A DNA stretch of 64,000 bases, taken from NCBI GenBank assembly GCA_965217895.1, contig CBDCJV010000002.1, forward strand, positions 608,001 through 672,000. Direction: 5' to 3'. A model generated the notes under the pieces. It ran no database searches, was not told where the DNA came from, and saw only the letters and a list, made by a program, of their open reading frames with translations. The position numbers and the translations under genes were made by a program. The DNA is from Waterburya sp. GTDB lineage: Bacteria; Cyanobacteriota; Cyanobacteriia; Cyanobacteriales; Xenococcaceae. Below are positions 10,070-19,151 of this stretch, piece after piece (the stretch's first letter is position 1; the number at the start of each line of letters is the position of its first letter).

Positions 10070-10091
10070 TGGTTAATTCGTTCTCAGGTTT

Positions 10092-10123
10092 AAGATATGA
10101 GAAAAGCTTGAAGAACTTGTGAG
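10092..10123 (-). promoter_or_regulatory. CTCACAA-N4-CTCAA box with -10 (copy 2)
   Basis: CTCACAAGTTCTTCAAG-N9-TATCTT. Confidence 0.65.
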
Positions 10124-10325
10124 GATTAGCGATCGCCCTCTACTTTAACTAATACTCTTTCAGAAGAATTCTTCACCCATCCCGTTAATCCTAGCGTTGT
10201 TGCCAATTGATAAACAAAAGGGCGAAAACCCACACCTTGAACTATTTCTTCAATTTCAAGATGTAGGCTTTGCTGCATGATTTTTAGGCTTTAAATTACT
10301 CTACAGATTTTAGATGTTTACTGAA

Positions 10326-11398
10326 TTAGCTGACAATAGTTGATTCACTATTTGCTAAAATCAAGGGAAAATGATGGGTGTTTGGCGAATGCATGGATTG
10401 AATGCCAAGATTTGCTCGATTCAAAATGTCCGCATCGCTGGGAATTACCCGAACTTGACTATTTAAAATCGATTGATTGAAATTAAAGCCGTTAAGGTTA
10501 AACGCCATCGTACTTACCCCGACTGCTGCACACCAAATACCGATAGTCGCTACGGCTACCAAAAGGAAATGAAAAGCTCGGTGGTTGCTACTAGCAAACC
10601 AAGGAATAAGTAATCTACCCAAGAATCCATAGTGTCCAGCCATGTAGTTATAGGTAATTTCTTTCTGACCAAATTTATAACCTTTGTCGGCAGATTCATT
10701 TTCTATAGTTTCCCGAATCAATGTTGAAGTAACTAATGAACCGTGTAAAGCTGCTAATAACGCACCACAAAATACTCCCAGCTACCCCTAACATATGGAA
10801 GGGATTCATCAGAATATTATGGTCGGCTTGAAACGCCAGCATAAAGTGGAAAGTTCCTACAATTCCCAAAGGTAGTCCTTCAGAAAAGCTTCCCTGACCG
10901 ATTGGATAAACCAGCAATACGGCTGTTGCTGCTGCCACTGGTGCCAGAGAAAGCGATCGCAATCCAAGGACGCAAACCTTCGCGGTAACTTAGTTCCCAT
11001 TGCCTGCCCAGATAGCACCAAATACCAATTAAAAAGTGAAACACAACCAACTGATATGCACCACCATTATATAGCCATTCCTCTAAAGAACTCGCTTCCC
11101 AAATCGGATAAAAGTGTAGTCCCACAGCAGCGGAAGTAGGCACTACAGCAGCAGTGATAATATTATTGCCACCTAGCAAAGAACCAATTACAGGTTCGCG
11201 AATGCCATCAACATCCACTCCAGGGGCAGCAATAAAAGCCACGATAAAATAAATAGTTGCAGCAAAAAGTGTGGGAATCATCAACACCCCAAACCAACCA
11301 ATATAGATGCGATTATTGGTACTGGTAATCCAGCGACAAAACTGCTCCCAAATACTGAGAAAATCGGCTCTAGAACGCCTTCTAATAAAAGTGTTCAT
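10326..11398 (-). pseudogene. psbA: Rogue (group 2-like, non-water-oxidising) photosystem II D1 with two +1 frameshifts
   Basis: Three ORFs reassemble into D1 once single extra G bases at about 10945 and 10778 are removed. Mn-cluster ligands are substituted (D170E, E189D, E333S, D342I). Confidence 0.9.
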
Positions 11399-11533
11399 GA
11401 GTTAAATACTCCTAATTTAATACTTTCTCGGATAGAAAAGTTAGTGGTTGGTCGTTAGTTGCTAATAGACATAAAGGTGTCAAAAATCTGAAATGCGATC
11501 GCCTAATTTTGACAAACATGACCACTAACTACT

Positions 11534-11561
11534 GTAGGGGCGAACGGTCGTTCGCCCCTAC
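11534..11561. repeat. GTAG-type REP-like palindrome
   Basis: GTAGGGGCGAACGGTCGTTCGCCCCTAC; related copy at 36971-36998. Confidence 0.75.
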
Positions 11562-11570
11562 CACTAACTA

Positions 11571-12044
11571 TTAACTACCTTCCAATTTCACTTTCACCGA
11601 TTTTTTCGGTGCGTCTTCGACTTTAGGTAGAGTAAGAGTCAATACACCTTTTGTAAAGTCAGACTTAATTTCATCGGGTTTAATTGCTACGGGTAAAGGT
11701 ACAACTCGTTCAAACTTCCCGTAGTGAAATTCGGAGTGTAAATAGTTTTTGTCCTTGTCTTCGGTGGTTTTTTCTTCTTTGTGTTCTCCTGAAAGAATCA
11801 CTCGATCTTCGGCTACTTCAACTTCCAAATCTTTAACATCAATACCTGGAATTTCGGCTTTGAGAACTAGTTCTTGGTCTTGTTCTTTAATTTCCACGGC
11901 AGGAGTCCACATTCCTCCCATGTTGTGTAATCCCATCCAATCGCGATCGTTCACAGAAAGCATATCTTCAAACAAGCGATCCATTTGTTTCCTCATGGTG
12001 CTTAATTCGCGGAATGGTTGCCATTTACTGAGTGTCATAATCAA
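11571..12044 (-). CDS. hspA: Small heat shock protein (Hsp20/alpha-crystallin)
   Basis: WQPFREL...SEFHYGKFERVVPLP...GVLTLTLPK. Confidence 0.92.
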   Translation of the reverse strand: MIMTLSKWQPFRELSTMRKQMDRLFEDMLSVNDRDWMGLHNMGGMWTPAVEIKEQDQELVLKAEIPGIDVKDLEVEVAEDRVILSGEHKEEKTTEDKDKNYLHSEFHYGKFERVVPLPVAIKPDEIKSDFTKGVLTLTLPKVEDAPKKSVKVKLEGS

Positions 12045-12083
12045 CCTCCATTTTTGGTTTGATAGCTTTTGAGCTTTGTTTTT

Positions 12084-12115
12084 AAACTAGAAAAATATTT
12101 TGAGGATGTTGTGAG
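12084..12115 (-). promoter_or_regulatory. CTCACAA-N4-CTCAA box with -10 (copy 3)
   Basis: CTCACAACATCCTCAAA-N9-TAGTTT. Confidence 0.7.
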
Positions 12116-12159
12116 GGTTGATTGTTAGTTGTTAGTTGTTAGTAGACTCCAAACTCTAG

Positions 12160-12345
12160 TTACTGATGAATAATTACTGGTGTGCCAATTTTTGCCCAGT
12201 CGAATAGCCATTGGGAATTTCCTACGGGAAGGTTAACGCAACCATGACTTATGGGCATACCAAAATTATTGTGCCAGTCTGCACCGTGAAGGGCATAACC
12301 GCGGTCAAAGTACAGTACGTTAGGTACATTAGAAACGTCGTATTT
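12160..12345 (-). pseudogene. L,D-transpeptidase (YkuD) C-terminal remnant, absent from the ORF track
   Basis: Manual translation gives KYDVSNVPNVLYFDRGYALHGADWHNNFGMPISHGCVNLPVGNSQWLFDWAKIGTPVIIHQ*, with the catalytic H...SHGC motif and no start upstream of it. Confidence 0.85.
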
Positions 12346-12570
12346 TTAACTGGAGTGAAGTAAGACTTTGCGTTCATTTTCGCTAATTGATATAGTTTTA
12401 ATGACTTCAGCAGATACTTGAGTTCCGTTTTCTAGATTAACCGTCCATTGCTGTCCAGCAATCAATATCGGGCATTCGCCTGTTACTTCTTCCCATTTCA
12501 AATATTCTCCATCTAAGTAATAATCAAAGATGCAAAAATGTCTGTTTCTACGGATATCTGTAGTACTCAT
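12346..12570 (-). CDS. Small hypothetical protein
   Basis: AGGAG RBS before the ATG at 12570 (MSTTDIRR...). Confidence 0.55.
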   Translation of the reverse strand: MSTTDIRRNRHFCIFDYYLDGEYLKWEEVTGECPILIAGQQWTVNLENGTQVSAEVIKTISISENERKVLLHSS

Positions 12571-12772
12571 GATATTTTCTCCTAAATTTATTGACATCAA
12601 TTAAACAAGCACCACTTAGATTGGCGTGGCTCAGTTCGGCGCGGGACAAATTGGCACGAATTAGATTAATGCCACTCAGTTTAGCTCTGGTTAAGTCGGC
12701 AGAACCTAGCTCGGCGTTGCTAAAATCGCGATCGCCTTGAGCATACTGTCGCAGTAAAGTTTCTACATTCAT
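12548..12772 (-). pseudogene. Truncated pentapeptide repeat protein
   Basis: Typical MNVETLLRQYAQGDRDF start; the repeats break off near 12590 into the next gene's RBS. Confidence 0.65.
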
Positions 12773-12810
12773 TTTTCCGTTGCTGATTGGCTGTTACGAG
12801 CCTATTGGCT

Positions 12811-12842
12811 CTCACAACTTCCTCAAATTATGGTTCTAAAAC
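12811..12842 (+). promoter_or_regulatory. CTCACAA-N4-CTCAA box with -10-like hexamer (copy 4)
   Basis: CTCACAACTTCCTCAAA-N9-TAAAAC. Confidence 0.65.
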
Positions 12843-12956
12843 GGTAAATGGAGTTCGATAGTTTGTTGCAGTTGTTCGACGAGTTCTGAAATGAGCTATC
12901 TACCTCTAGTAAATTCCTTTTTGTTCTATACCTATTTATTTTCCAAGGTATCAATT

Positions 12957-13889
12957 ATGGTAAATCAACAACGCCTCAAAGCTTATTTGGATGTGGTTCA
13001 AGGACTATTAAGTTGTCCTTTAGGAGAAGAATGGATCTTACTCCGCCAACACCAAGAATTAGTCAATCCCGAATTAGTTGAAGTGATGGAACAAGTGGCA
13101 CATCACCTTACAGCACAAGGAGATCTTAAAGCAGCTACATACCTACATAATTGGGCGGGAAAACTACACCATATCTTGACAGAAAATATTCCCGCTCCCG
13201 TCAAAGATAACGATAAAACTCAAGCATATCTAGAGTTTATTCAAGCTTTATTAGATTGTCCCGATTGCTGTGAACCAAAAGTTATCCAAGCTCATAAAGA
13301 TTTGATCGAGCCTGGGTTGATCGCGATAATGAGGCAAATTGCTCATAAGATGGCATTGGAAGGTGATAAAGAGTCAGCCAATTACTTGTTGGAATACGCA
13401 GCAGATCTCAATGCTGTCTGGCTACACAAGCATCAATTTGAGCCAACTTTCAAGCAAGAAATTGCTGCCGATCCTTGGCTGGATGAATATTCTAACTCAT
13501 CAGATTTACCTGTAACGGCAAGTCAGCCAGATAACTCAAAAGAATTGGTAAAGGAAAAAGTCGAACAACCTGCGTCTTTAACTACTCAGACTAAGGTAAA
13601 AAGCGATCCACAGCCAGCTAAAAAGTCAACAACTGCCGATATTTTAATCGAATTAGAATCAATTTTAGCTGCTCGACTACAGCCAGCAAATCCATTGTGG
13701 TATATGGATGTTTTGGAAAAGGCACTAGCTAACAACTGGATTTTGACAACCGATGAAGTTGAAAAACTAATTGGCGTTAAACCTCACTGCGAACATAATC
13801 AAACTGAATATCATCGTGGATGCTGGGTATTTACTAAAACTGGAAAAATCGGCGCACATATAGGTTGGAACGTTAGAAAGAAAAAATAG
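12957..13889 (+). CDS. Conserved cyanobacterial hypothetical protein with two AYLxxxQxLLxCP repeats
   Basis: Internal duplication is visible; the likely start is the ATG at 12957. Confidence 0.7.
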   Translation: MVNQQRLKAYLDVVQGLLSCPLGEEWILLRQHQELVNPELVEVMEQVAHHLTAQGDLKAATYLHNWAGKLHHILTENIPAPVKDNDKTQAYLEFIQALLDCPDCCEPKVIQAHKDLIEPGLIAIMRQIAHKMALEGDKESANYLLEYAADLNAVWLHKHQFEPTFKQEIAADPWLDEYSNSSDLPVTASQPDNSKELVKEKVEQPASLTTQTKVKSDPQPAKKSTTADILIELESILAARLQPANPLWYMDVLEKALANNWILTTDEVEKLIGVKPHCEHNQTEYHRGCWVFTKTGKIGAHIGWNVRKKK

Positions 13890-14020
13890 TCTTTAATCAA
13901 TCTGTAGAGTTTGCTAATGTTTACTTGCTAATATTAGATTTGCTTTTAATCCAGATTACAAACATCTTAAAATTAGTCGATAAGTAGTTCCATATAAAAT
14001 TCTGCGTAAATCAGAACTTA

Positions 14021-14617
14021 CTAATCTTGCTTGAGTTTATTATATTTTTCTTCTAACAATCTGTAGTTCATATGTATTAAAGAGACTTCATTGGGAAATG
14101 AACTAGTTAGTATTTTTTGCAATGAATAAATTCCTGAAACAACAAAACTGTATTCAACTTCTACTATTAAATCAAACTCTAATCTATCTACATATTTGTA
14201 CCAAGGTAATACTGTGTCTCGAAAAAGCGTTTGCAGTAGCTTGACATCTATCAATCCTGACTTGGCTAATTTGTTTAAATCTGCAAAGAACACCATCACC
14301 AAAATAAATTTTTCTATAAAATCTTCTGATAAATATTGTGGCGGTTGGTAGTTATGACTCGGTTGAGACAGAAACTTAAGTTCAGATAATCTAACTTTTC
14401 GCTCGCTCCATTGGCAGCCATAAGCGGGGGGTTGGTCGAAAAATGCTTTCAATTGCTTCATTACATCAGTATGATCTTGGTATAAAGGATTACTAATCCA
14501 TCTCTCATATACTTTTATACACAGGTCTTTTTTACCCTTACGCCCATTGACCCATGCCGTCAACAAACTACCTCCTACAGCACCAAACAGTATGTTAAAT
14601 ATAAAATCAAACTTCAT
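14021..14617 (-). CDS. Hypothetical protein with an N-terminal TM (possibly DUF4760-like)
   Basis: 198-aa AT-rich ORF containing an FF..L..L...GLID segment. Confidence 0.5.
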   Translation of the reverse strand: MKFDFIFNILFGAVGGSLLTAWVNGRKGKKDLCIKVYERWISNPLYQDHTDVMKQLKAFFDQPPAYGCQWSERKVRLSELKFLSQPSHNYQPPQYLSEDFIEKFILVMVFFADLNKLAKSGLIDVKLLQTLFRDTVLPWYKYVDRLEFDLIVEVEYSFVVSGIYSLQKILTSSFPNEVSLIHMNYRLLEEKYNKLKQD

Positions 14618-14688
14618 AAATCAACTACGTCTATACATTGAAGTTTGTCCATTCTAGAAGCTGCTACGACATTTGGCTTGTTAAGTAA

Positions 14689-14820
14689 TTAGGTCGGTTA
14701 GAACCAGCAGGAGAGGTAATCAAACTTTCGGTAGCCAATGCTCAAGACAGTCGTGTTAATAAGCTATACGTGCACGAAGGCGATCGCGTTTCGGCGAATC
14801 AATTAATTGCTACTCTACTT
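14689..14820 (+). pseudogene. devB: DevB/HlyD membrane fusion protein fragment
   Basis: Manual translation gives LGRLEPAGEVIKLSVANAQDSRVNKLYVHEGDRVSANQLIATL. Confidence 0.75.
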
Positions 14821-14821
14821 T

Positions 14822-15641
14822 GAAACAAAAAGGTAACGAATGTTGCGATTCTGGCATTCGATCCCGCTCATCCTGTACTTAATTTACCTGATGTTAATTC
14901 TCAGTTAGACCAAATAAAATTACCCGATAAAGTATTGATATCGACAGGCTAGACCAGATTTGGGCGCGATCGCTCAAGCCTATGATAATGGCAAAACAGT
15001 CACTACAGAAATATCTGGGCGGAGAATTAGCGTTGGTGGAATGTTTGATTTTGGCAGTATCCTGTTTGTCGAAGGTTTTTTGATTACTAGCGATTGGAAT
15101 TATCTCAGGCTGTACGGTGCAAATAGTATTGAGAATGTAAAAGTTGGCGTGTTGAATGTAGCTGATAATGCTCATGCAGCTACAGTTAAAGCTAGAGTAA
15201 GAGAAAGTTTACCTAATACAGTTTCGGTAATGACTGCCGATGAATTTATCACAGCAGAAAAAGACTTTTGGGATCAAAAGCACCCCGCAGGAACAATCTT
15301 TAACTTTGGTGTGGCGAAGGGGTTTGTCGTCGGGGTAGTGATTGTCTATCAAGTATTGTTTGCTGACGTAAACGACCATTTAGCCGAATATGCCACTCTC
15401 AAAGCGATGGGGTTTCCCGATAAGAGCCTTCTCGTTGTCGTATTCCAAGAGGCAATTATCTTAGCTGTACTAGGTTTTATTCCTGGCTTCGGCGTATCGA
15501 TTGGAATGTATGCTTTGTTAGAGGGCTTGACCCAAATGCCATTGGCAATGGGTTCGGCTGTAGCGGGGCGGGTATTTTTTCTCACCGTTACAAATCGCGA
15601 TTTGTAAGCTGCAATCTGCCGATCCTGCGGAGGTATTTTAG
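14822..15641 (+). pseudogene. devC: DevC ABC permease, 5'-deleted and frameshifted
   Basis: IVYQVLFADVNDHLAEYATLKAMG; the terminal KLQSADPAEVF* is out of frame and the N-terminal part is missing. Confidence 0.8.
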
Positions 15642-15721
15642 GTTTTTGTTAGTTGTTGGTTGTTAGTTGTTAGTTGTTAGCGGGAACTATGGAATCAGAA
15701 TTATCTACAAAAGCCTAATCC

Positions 15722-16186
15722 ATGTTCTTAGTCAGTGACACAAGCATATCCCGCCAATCAGGAATTTTAGCATTAATGACTGAAGATCCAGCATTATCAG
15801 TACTTCTAGCAGTTATACATTTTGAATGGACGATTCGACGTGCGATTATTGCTCTTGGAAGTTCTCCTAATGTGGTCGTTAGGAAAAAGCTCAAAGAAAA
15901 AGGTAATGGTGACGAAAATTACAAAAAACTTTGGAAAGAGGAGGTGTTTCCAAGGGTAAACAAACGTCTTCCTGAAATAGTCAAAAATTGGGCTGGGTTA
16001 AAAAAATCATTTAAGCTCAGACATAAACTAGTTCATGGGGTAGGGTCTTGTGGTAAAAGCGACTATGCCTGCGAACGAGTAAAATGGGCTATAGAAGCTG
16101 CTACTGATGTAAGAGAATACTGCAAACTCAACAACGTAGATTTAGATTCACGTCTACCAGTACGACGTAAATTGCATCCTAATTAA
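15722..16186 (+). CDS. Putative HEPN-domain protein
   Basis: EWTIRR (ExxxR) and RHKLVH (Rx4H) motifs. Confidence 0.55.
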   Translation: MFLVSDTSISRQSGILALMTEDPALSVLLAVIHFEWTIRRAIIALGSSPNVVVRKKLKEKGNGDENYKKLWKEEVFPRVNKRLPEIVKNWAGLKKSFKLRHKLVHGVGSCGKSDYACERVKWAIEAATDVREYCKLNNVDLDSRLPVRRKLHPN

Positions 16187-16275
16187 AACCTAATTAATTA
16201 TCAACCAGCACCAACTAACGACTAACAGCAAAAAAAATCTCAATTTCAAACGATCTAATAAACAAACTCGCCTTA

Positions 16276-16307
16276 CTCACAAATTCCTCAACTTATTTCG
16301 CCAATAT
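16276..16307 (+). promoter_or_regulatory. CTCACAA-N4-CTCAA box with -10-like hexamer (copy 5)
   Basis: CTCACAAATTCCTCAAC-N9-CAATAT. Confidence 0.65.
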
Positions 16308-16339
16308 TAAAGCTGTAGAGAGAATTAGGAGCAGAGAGA

Positions 16340-16597
16340 ATGCTGGACTCAAAAAATATCAAAGACAACTTTTTGTATCCCATCAGTAATTATCACGGTG
16401 AGTTTACTCCTCAAAACTTGGCATTTAATGCTAATTTACAAGAGTTTGCCCAACAGGTAATCTATCTTTGCAACCTAGAAGCTAACGGCAAGATTAAACC
16501 TGAAAATGCTTACGATGAAATTAGAAAGTTTTGGAAACATCTAAAACATTCCAAGAAAAAACTGCTAGACAATACTGACTTTACCACCGATAAGTGA
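16340..16597 (+). CDS. Conserved small cyanobacterial protein
   Basis: FLYP...FTPQNLAFNANLQEFAQQV..CNLEANGK; AGGAG RBS. Confidence 0.75.
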   Translation: MLDSKNIKDNFLYPISNYHGEFTPQNLAFNANLQEFAQQVIYLCNLEANGKIKPENAYDEIRKFWKHLKHSKKKLLDNTDFTTDK

Positions 16598-16610
16598 GCG
16601 GTTATTTACC

Positions 16611-17618
16611 ATGACCGACAATAATGACATTGTAACTCTACAACAATTGGCATATCAAGCGATCGCCAAACACAGTCATCGAATGCTCAAGCATGAAGCG
16701 GGAGTTTTGCTAGATAACGATCCTGAAGACCTCCACCAAATGCGAGTGGGAATGAGGCGTTTACAAAGTGCGATCGCAGGATTTGATTTGGCGATCAATT
16801 TACCAGAGATAGTTACGGGCAAAAATATTGCTAAGATCGGACACTCATTGGGCAAACTCAGGGATTTAGATGTATTGCTACAAGTTTTGAGTAATAACTA
16901 TAGATCGCAATTACCAACTAAAGAACAGAAGAATTTAGATCGAGTTATTAAATCTCTTGAGAAACGACGCAAACTCGAAGTAGAGCAAGTTCGTAAAACC
17001 CTAAACAGTAAACTCTACTTAAATCTGAAGCAGGTGCTCAACGATTGGCTTGAGCAACCAAAATATACGCGAGCGAGTAATTTAGCTCTTGACTATGCGC
17101 TACCAGATTTATTACTGCCACAGATTTCTCAATTTTTACTCCATCCAGGTTGGTTTGTTGGAGTAGAATTTGAATCGGGAGAAATCGCATTCCCTAACAT
17201 TTTGAACAGGGATGCGATCGAACAACTTCTAACCAGGGAAGATTCGTTTTTGCATGACCTACGTAAATCAGCCAAGAAAACTCGATATAGTTTGGAGCTA
17301 TTTTCTCAATTTTATGGAGATGCCTATATTAGCTATCTCCAGCAAGTAGAAGAAATTCAAGAAATCTTAGGTCAAATTCAAGATACCCATGTTTTGCGAA
17401 AAGTTCTAGAAAAGACGTTGCGTCGCGAAGCCATGCCGTTAGGCTTATCGCCAATTGCCGAAAGAATGCCCGAACTAGCCAGTCTGCTGCTAAAAATCCG
17501 CTATCACAAATGGCTTGAATGGCAAAATTTACAGCAACAATTTCTCAAAGACCAAACTAGACACGAATTCAGACACGCAATACAGAAGCCTTCATGTAGT
17601 CAGAAGTTAATTAACTAA
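16611..17618 (+). CDS. CHAD domain (polyphosphate-binding) protein
   Basis: DPEDLHQMRVGMRRL, LRDLDV, LHDLRKSAKKTRY; carries an in-frame 24-nt HIP1 insertion. Confidence 0.9.
   Translation: MTDNNDIVTLQQLAYQAIAKHSHRMLKHEAGVLLDNDPEDLHQMRVGMRRLQSAIAGFDLAINLPEIVTGKNIAKIGHSLGKLRDLDVLLQVLSNNYRSQLPTKEQKNLDRVIKSLEKRRKLEVEQVRKTLNSKLYLNLKQVLNDWLEQPKYTRASNLALDYALPDLLLPQISQFLLHPGWFVGVEFESGEIAFPNILNRDAIEQLLTREDSFLHDLRKSAKKTRYSLELFSQFYGDAYISYLQQVEEIQEILGQIQDTHVLRKVLEKTLRREAMPLGLSPIAERMPELASLLLKIRYHKWLEWQNLQQQFLKDQTRHEFRHAIQKPSCSQKLIN
17420..17451 (+). mobile_element. 24-nt short dispersed repeat inserted in frame into HIP1
   Basis: GCG-TCGCGAAGCCATGCCGTTAGGCTT-ATCGC, adding the residues REAMPLGL. Confidence 0.85.
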
Positions 17619-17623
17619 CAGCC

Positions 17624-18322
17624 ATGCTCAAACAAGTTGTCACTATCAATCATCTAAATCATGCTTTTGGCAAAGGTGAATTACGTAAACTCGTACTATT
17701 TGATGTAGATTTGGGCATTGATGCGGGCGAAATCGCGATTATGACTGGTTCTTCTGGTAGTGGCAAGACTACTTTATTGACTCTCATTGGAGGACTGCGA
17801 TCAGTGCAGTCAGGTAGCGTTAATATTTTGGGACAAGAACTTTATGGTGCAAGCAAACCAGAATTAGTCAAAGTTCGTAACCAAATTGGCTTTATTTTTC
17901 AATCTCACAACCTGCTGTCATGTTTGACGGTAGAACAAAATGTGCGGATGTCTCTCAGACTACATCAAGAAATTCTCTTTGATGAACGTAGTGCTATGAC
18001 GACTCACATCTTAGAAGAGGTAGGGCTAGGAGATAAGTTAAATTTTTACCCAGATAGCCTTTCTGGAGGACAACAGCAAAGAGTTGCGATCGCACGGGCA
18101 TTAGTCAGTAAACCTCAATTAGTTTTAGCTGACGAACCCACCGCAGCTTTAGACAGCAAATCTGGTCGTAATATTGTGGAGATTATGCAGCAGTTAGCGA
18201 AAGAACAAGGCTGCACGATTTTGTTAGTTACTCACGACAATCGCATTTTGGATATAGCCGATCGCATTATTCATATGGAAGATGGCAAATTGGCTAAGGA
18301 TATGGCTTTGGTTAGTTGTTAG
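17624..18322 (+). CDS. devA: DevA-family ABC transporter ATP-binding protein
   Basis: GSSGSGKTT, LSGGQQQRVAIARAL, LADEPTAALD. Confidence 0.9.
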   Translation: MLKQVVTINHLNHAFGKGELRKLVLFDVDLGIDAGEIAIMTGSSGSGKTTLLTLIGGLRSVQSGSVNILGQELYGASKPELVKVRNQIGFIFQSHNLLSCLTVEQNVRMSLRLHQEILFDERSAMTTHILEEVGLGDKLNFYPDSLSGGQQQRVAIARALVSKPQLVLADEPTAALDSKSGRNIVEIMQQLAKEQGCTILLVTHDNRILDIADRIIHMEDGKLAKDMALVSC

Positions 18323-18729
18323 TTGTTAGTTGTTAGTAGACTCCAAACTCTAACTACGATTGCCATACTTTCTAAATAATTTATAAGTTTGCTTGACTTT
18401 TGTACGCTCGATATTTGCATATCGATCTTGTATTGAGAAAGCAATATTTACAGTCAATGGTATTCCGATTAATTTGAGCGAGTTCCGAACCTTCTCAAAA
18501 AGTCTGGGGGCTAGCTACAAAAATTTAGACCAATGAAACAGATAGCGCGTTTGCTTCCCTTGCATATATGTAAAGTAGAGCGATCGCACTGGTAAGTAGC
18601 TAATCTTCAATAATCCATTGGCAATAGAGTTTGGAGTTTTCGTCTACTAACCAACGAGCAACCAGACGCTTTTTGATGGGATGAGCAATTACTGATAATG
18701 TATTGTTGTTAGCGATCGCATGAGGCTTT

Positions 18730-18835
18730 ATACCAACTCTCTATGACAATGCACTAAATAAAATCTAACCCCTTAGCGTCTTTGCGAGAGTTTTAAGCTC
18801 AAATAATTAAGTGCAACTTCAAGGAGAAATGGTAT
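18730..18835. mobile_element. MITE-like element with imperfect terminal inverted repeats
   Basis: ATACCAACTCTC..TGCACT at the left end and AGTGCA..GAGAAATGGTAT at the right end. Confidence 0.5.
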
Positions 18836-18857
18836 TAGCAAAAGCTTGGGAGGTGAA

Positions 18858-19067
18858 TTAAAATTTGCGCTCATAACTATTTCCCCGATAGATTAGGGTT
18901 GCAGTTGGACAATCTGTTTTATCTGATTCCCAAATCACTGGAGATGGAATATAGTCGAGTGTATTGCCTCGGTAAACGAGTTTGATCTTAGGTTGCTTCG
19001 TAGAATCATAGTCAAGCTGGATTGGGGCAGGAACTTCGTAGGAGTTCCCCCGATAGGTAAGTTTCAT
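18858..19067 (-). CDS. DUF4278 family small protein
   Basis: Three L.YRG repeats (MKLTYRG, LVYRG, LIYRG) and an AAGGAG RBS. Confidence 0.8.
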   Translation of the reverse strand: MKLTYRGNSYEVPAPIQLDYDSTKQPKIKLVYRGNTLDYIPSPVIWESDKTDCPTATLIYRGNSYERKF

Positions 19068-19151
19068 GATTAAGTCTCCTTGTGGGTTAAATCTTTTGGG
19101 TTTGGCTGCGTTTGCTTCCTTTGCATATTTGTAGATTGGCTTTTGCGATAT

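Noticed and set aside
10326..11398. Chlorophyll f synthase (ChlF) or FaRLiP cluster
   Set aside because: The sequence features fit group 2 rogue D1, and there are no far-red psa/psb/apc/rfp genes nearby.
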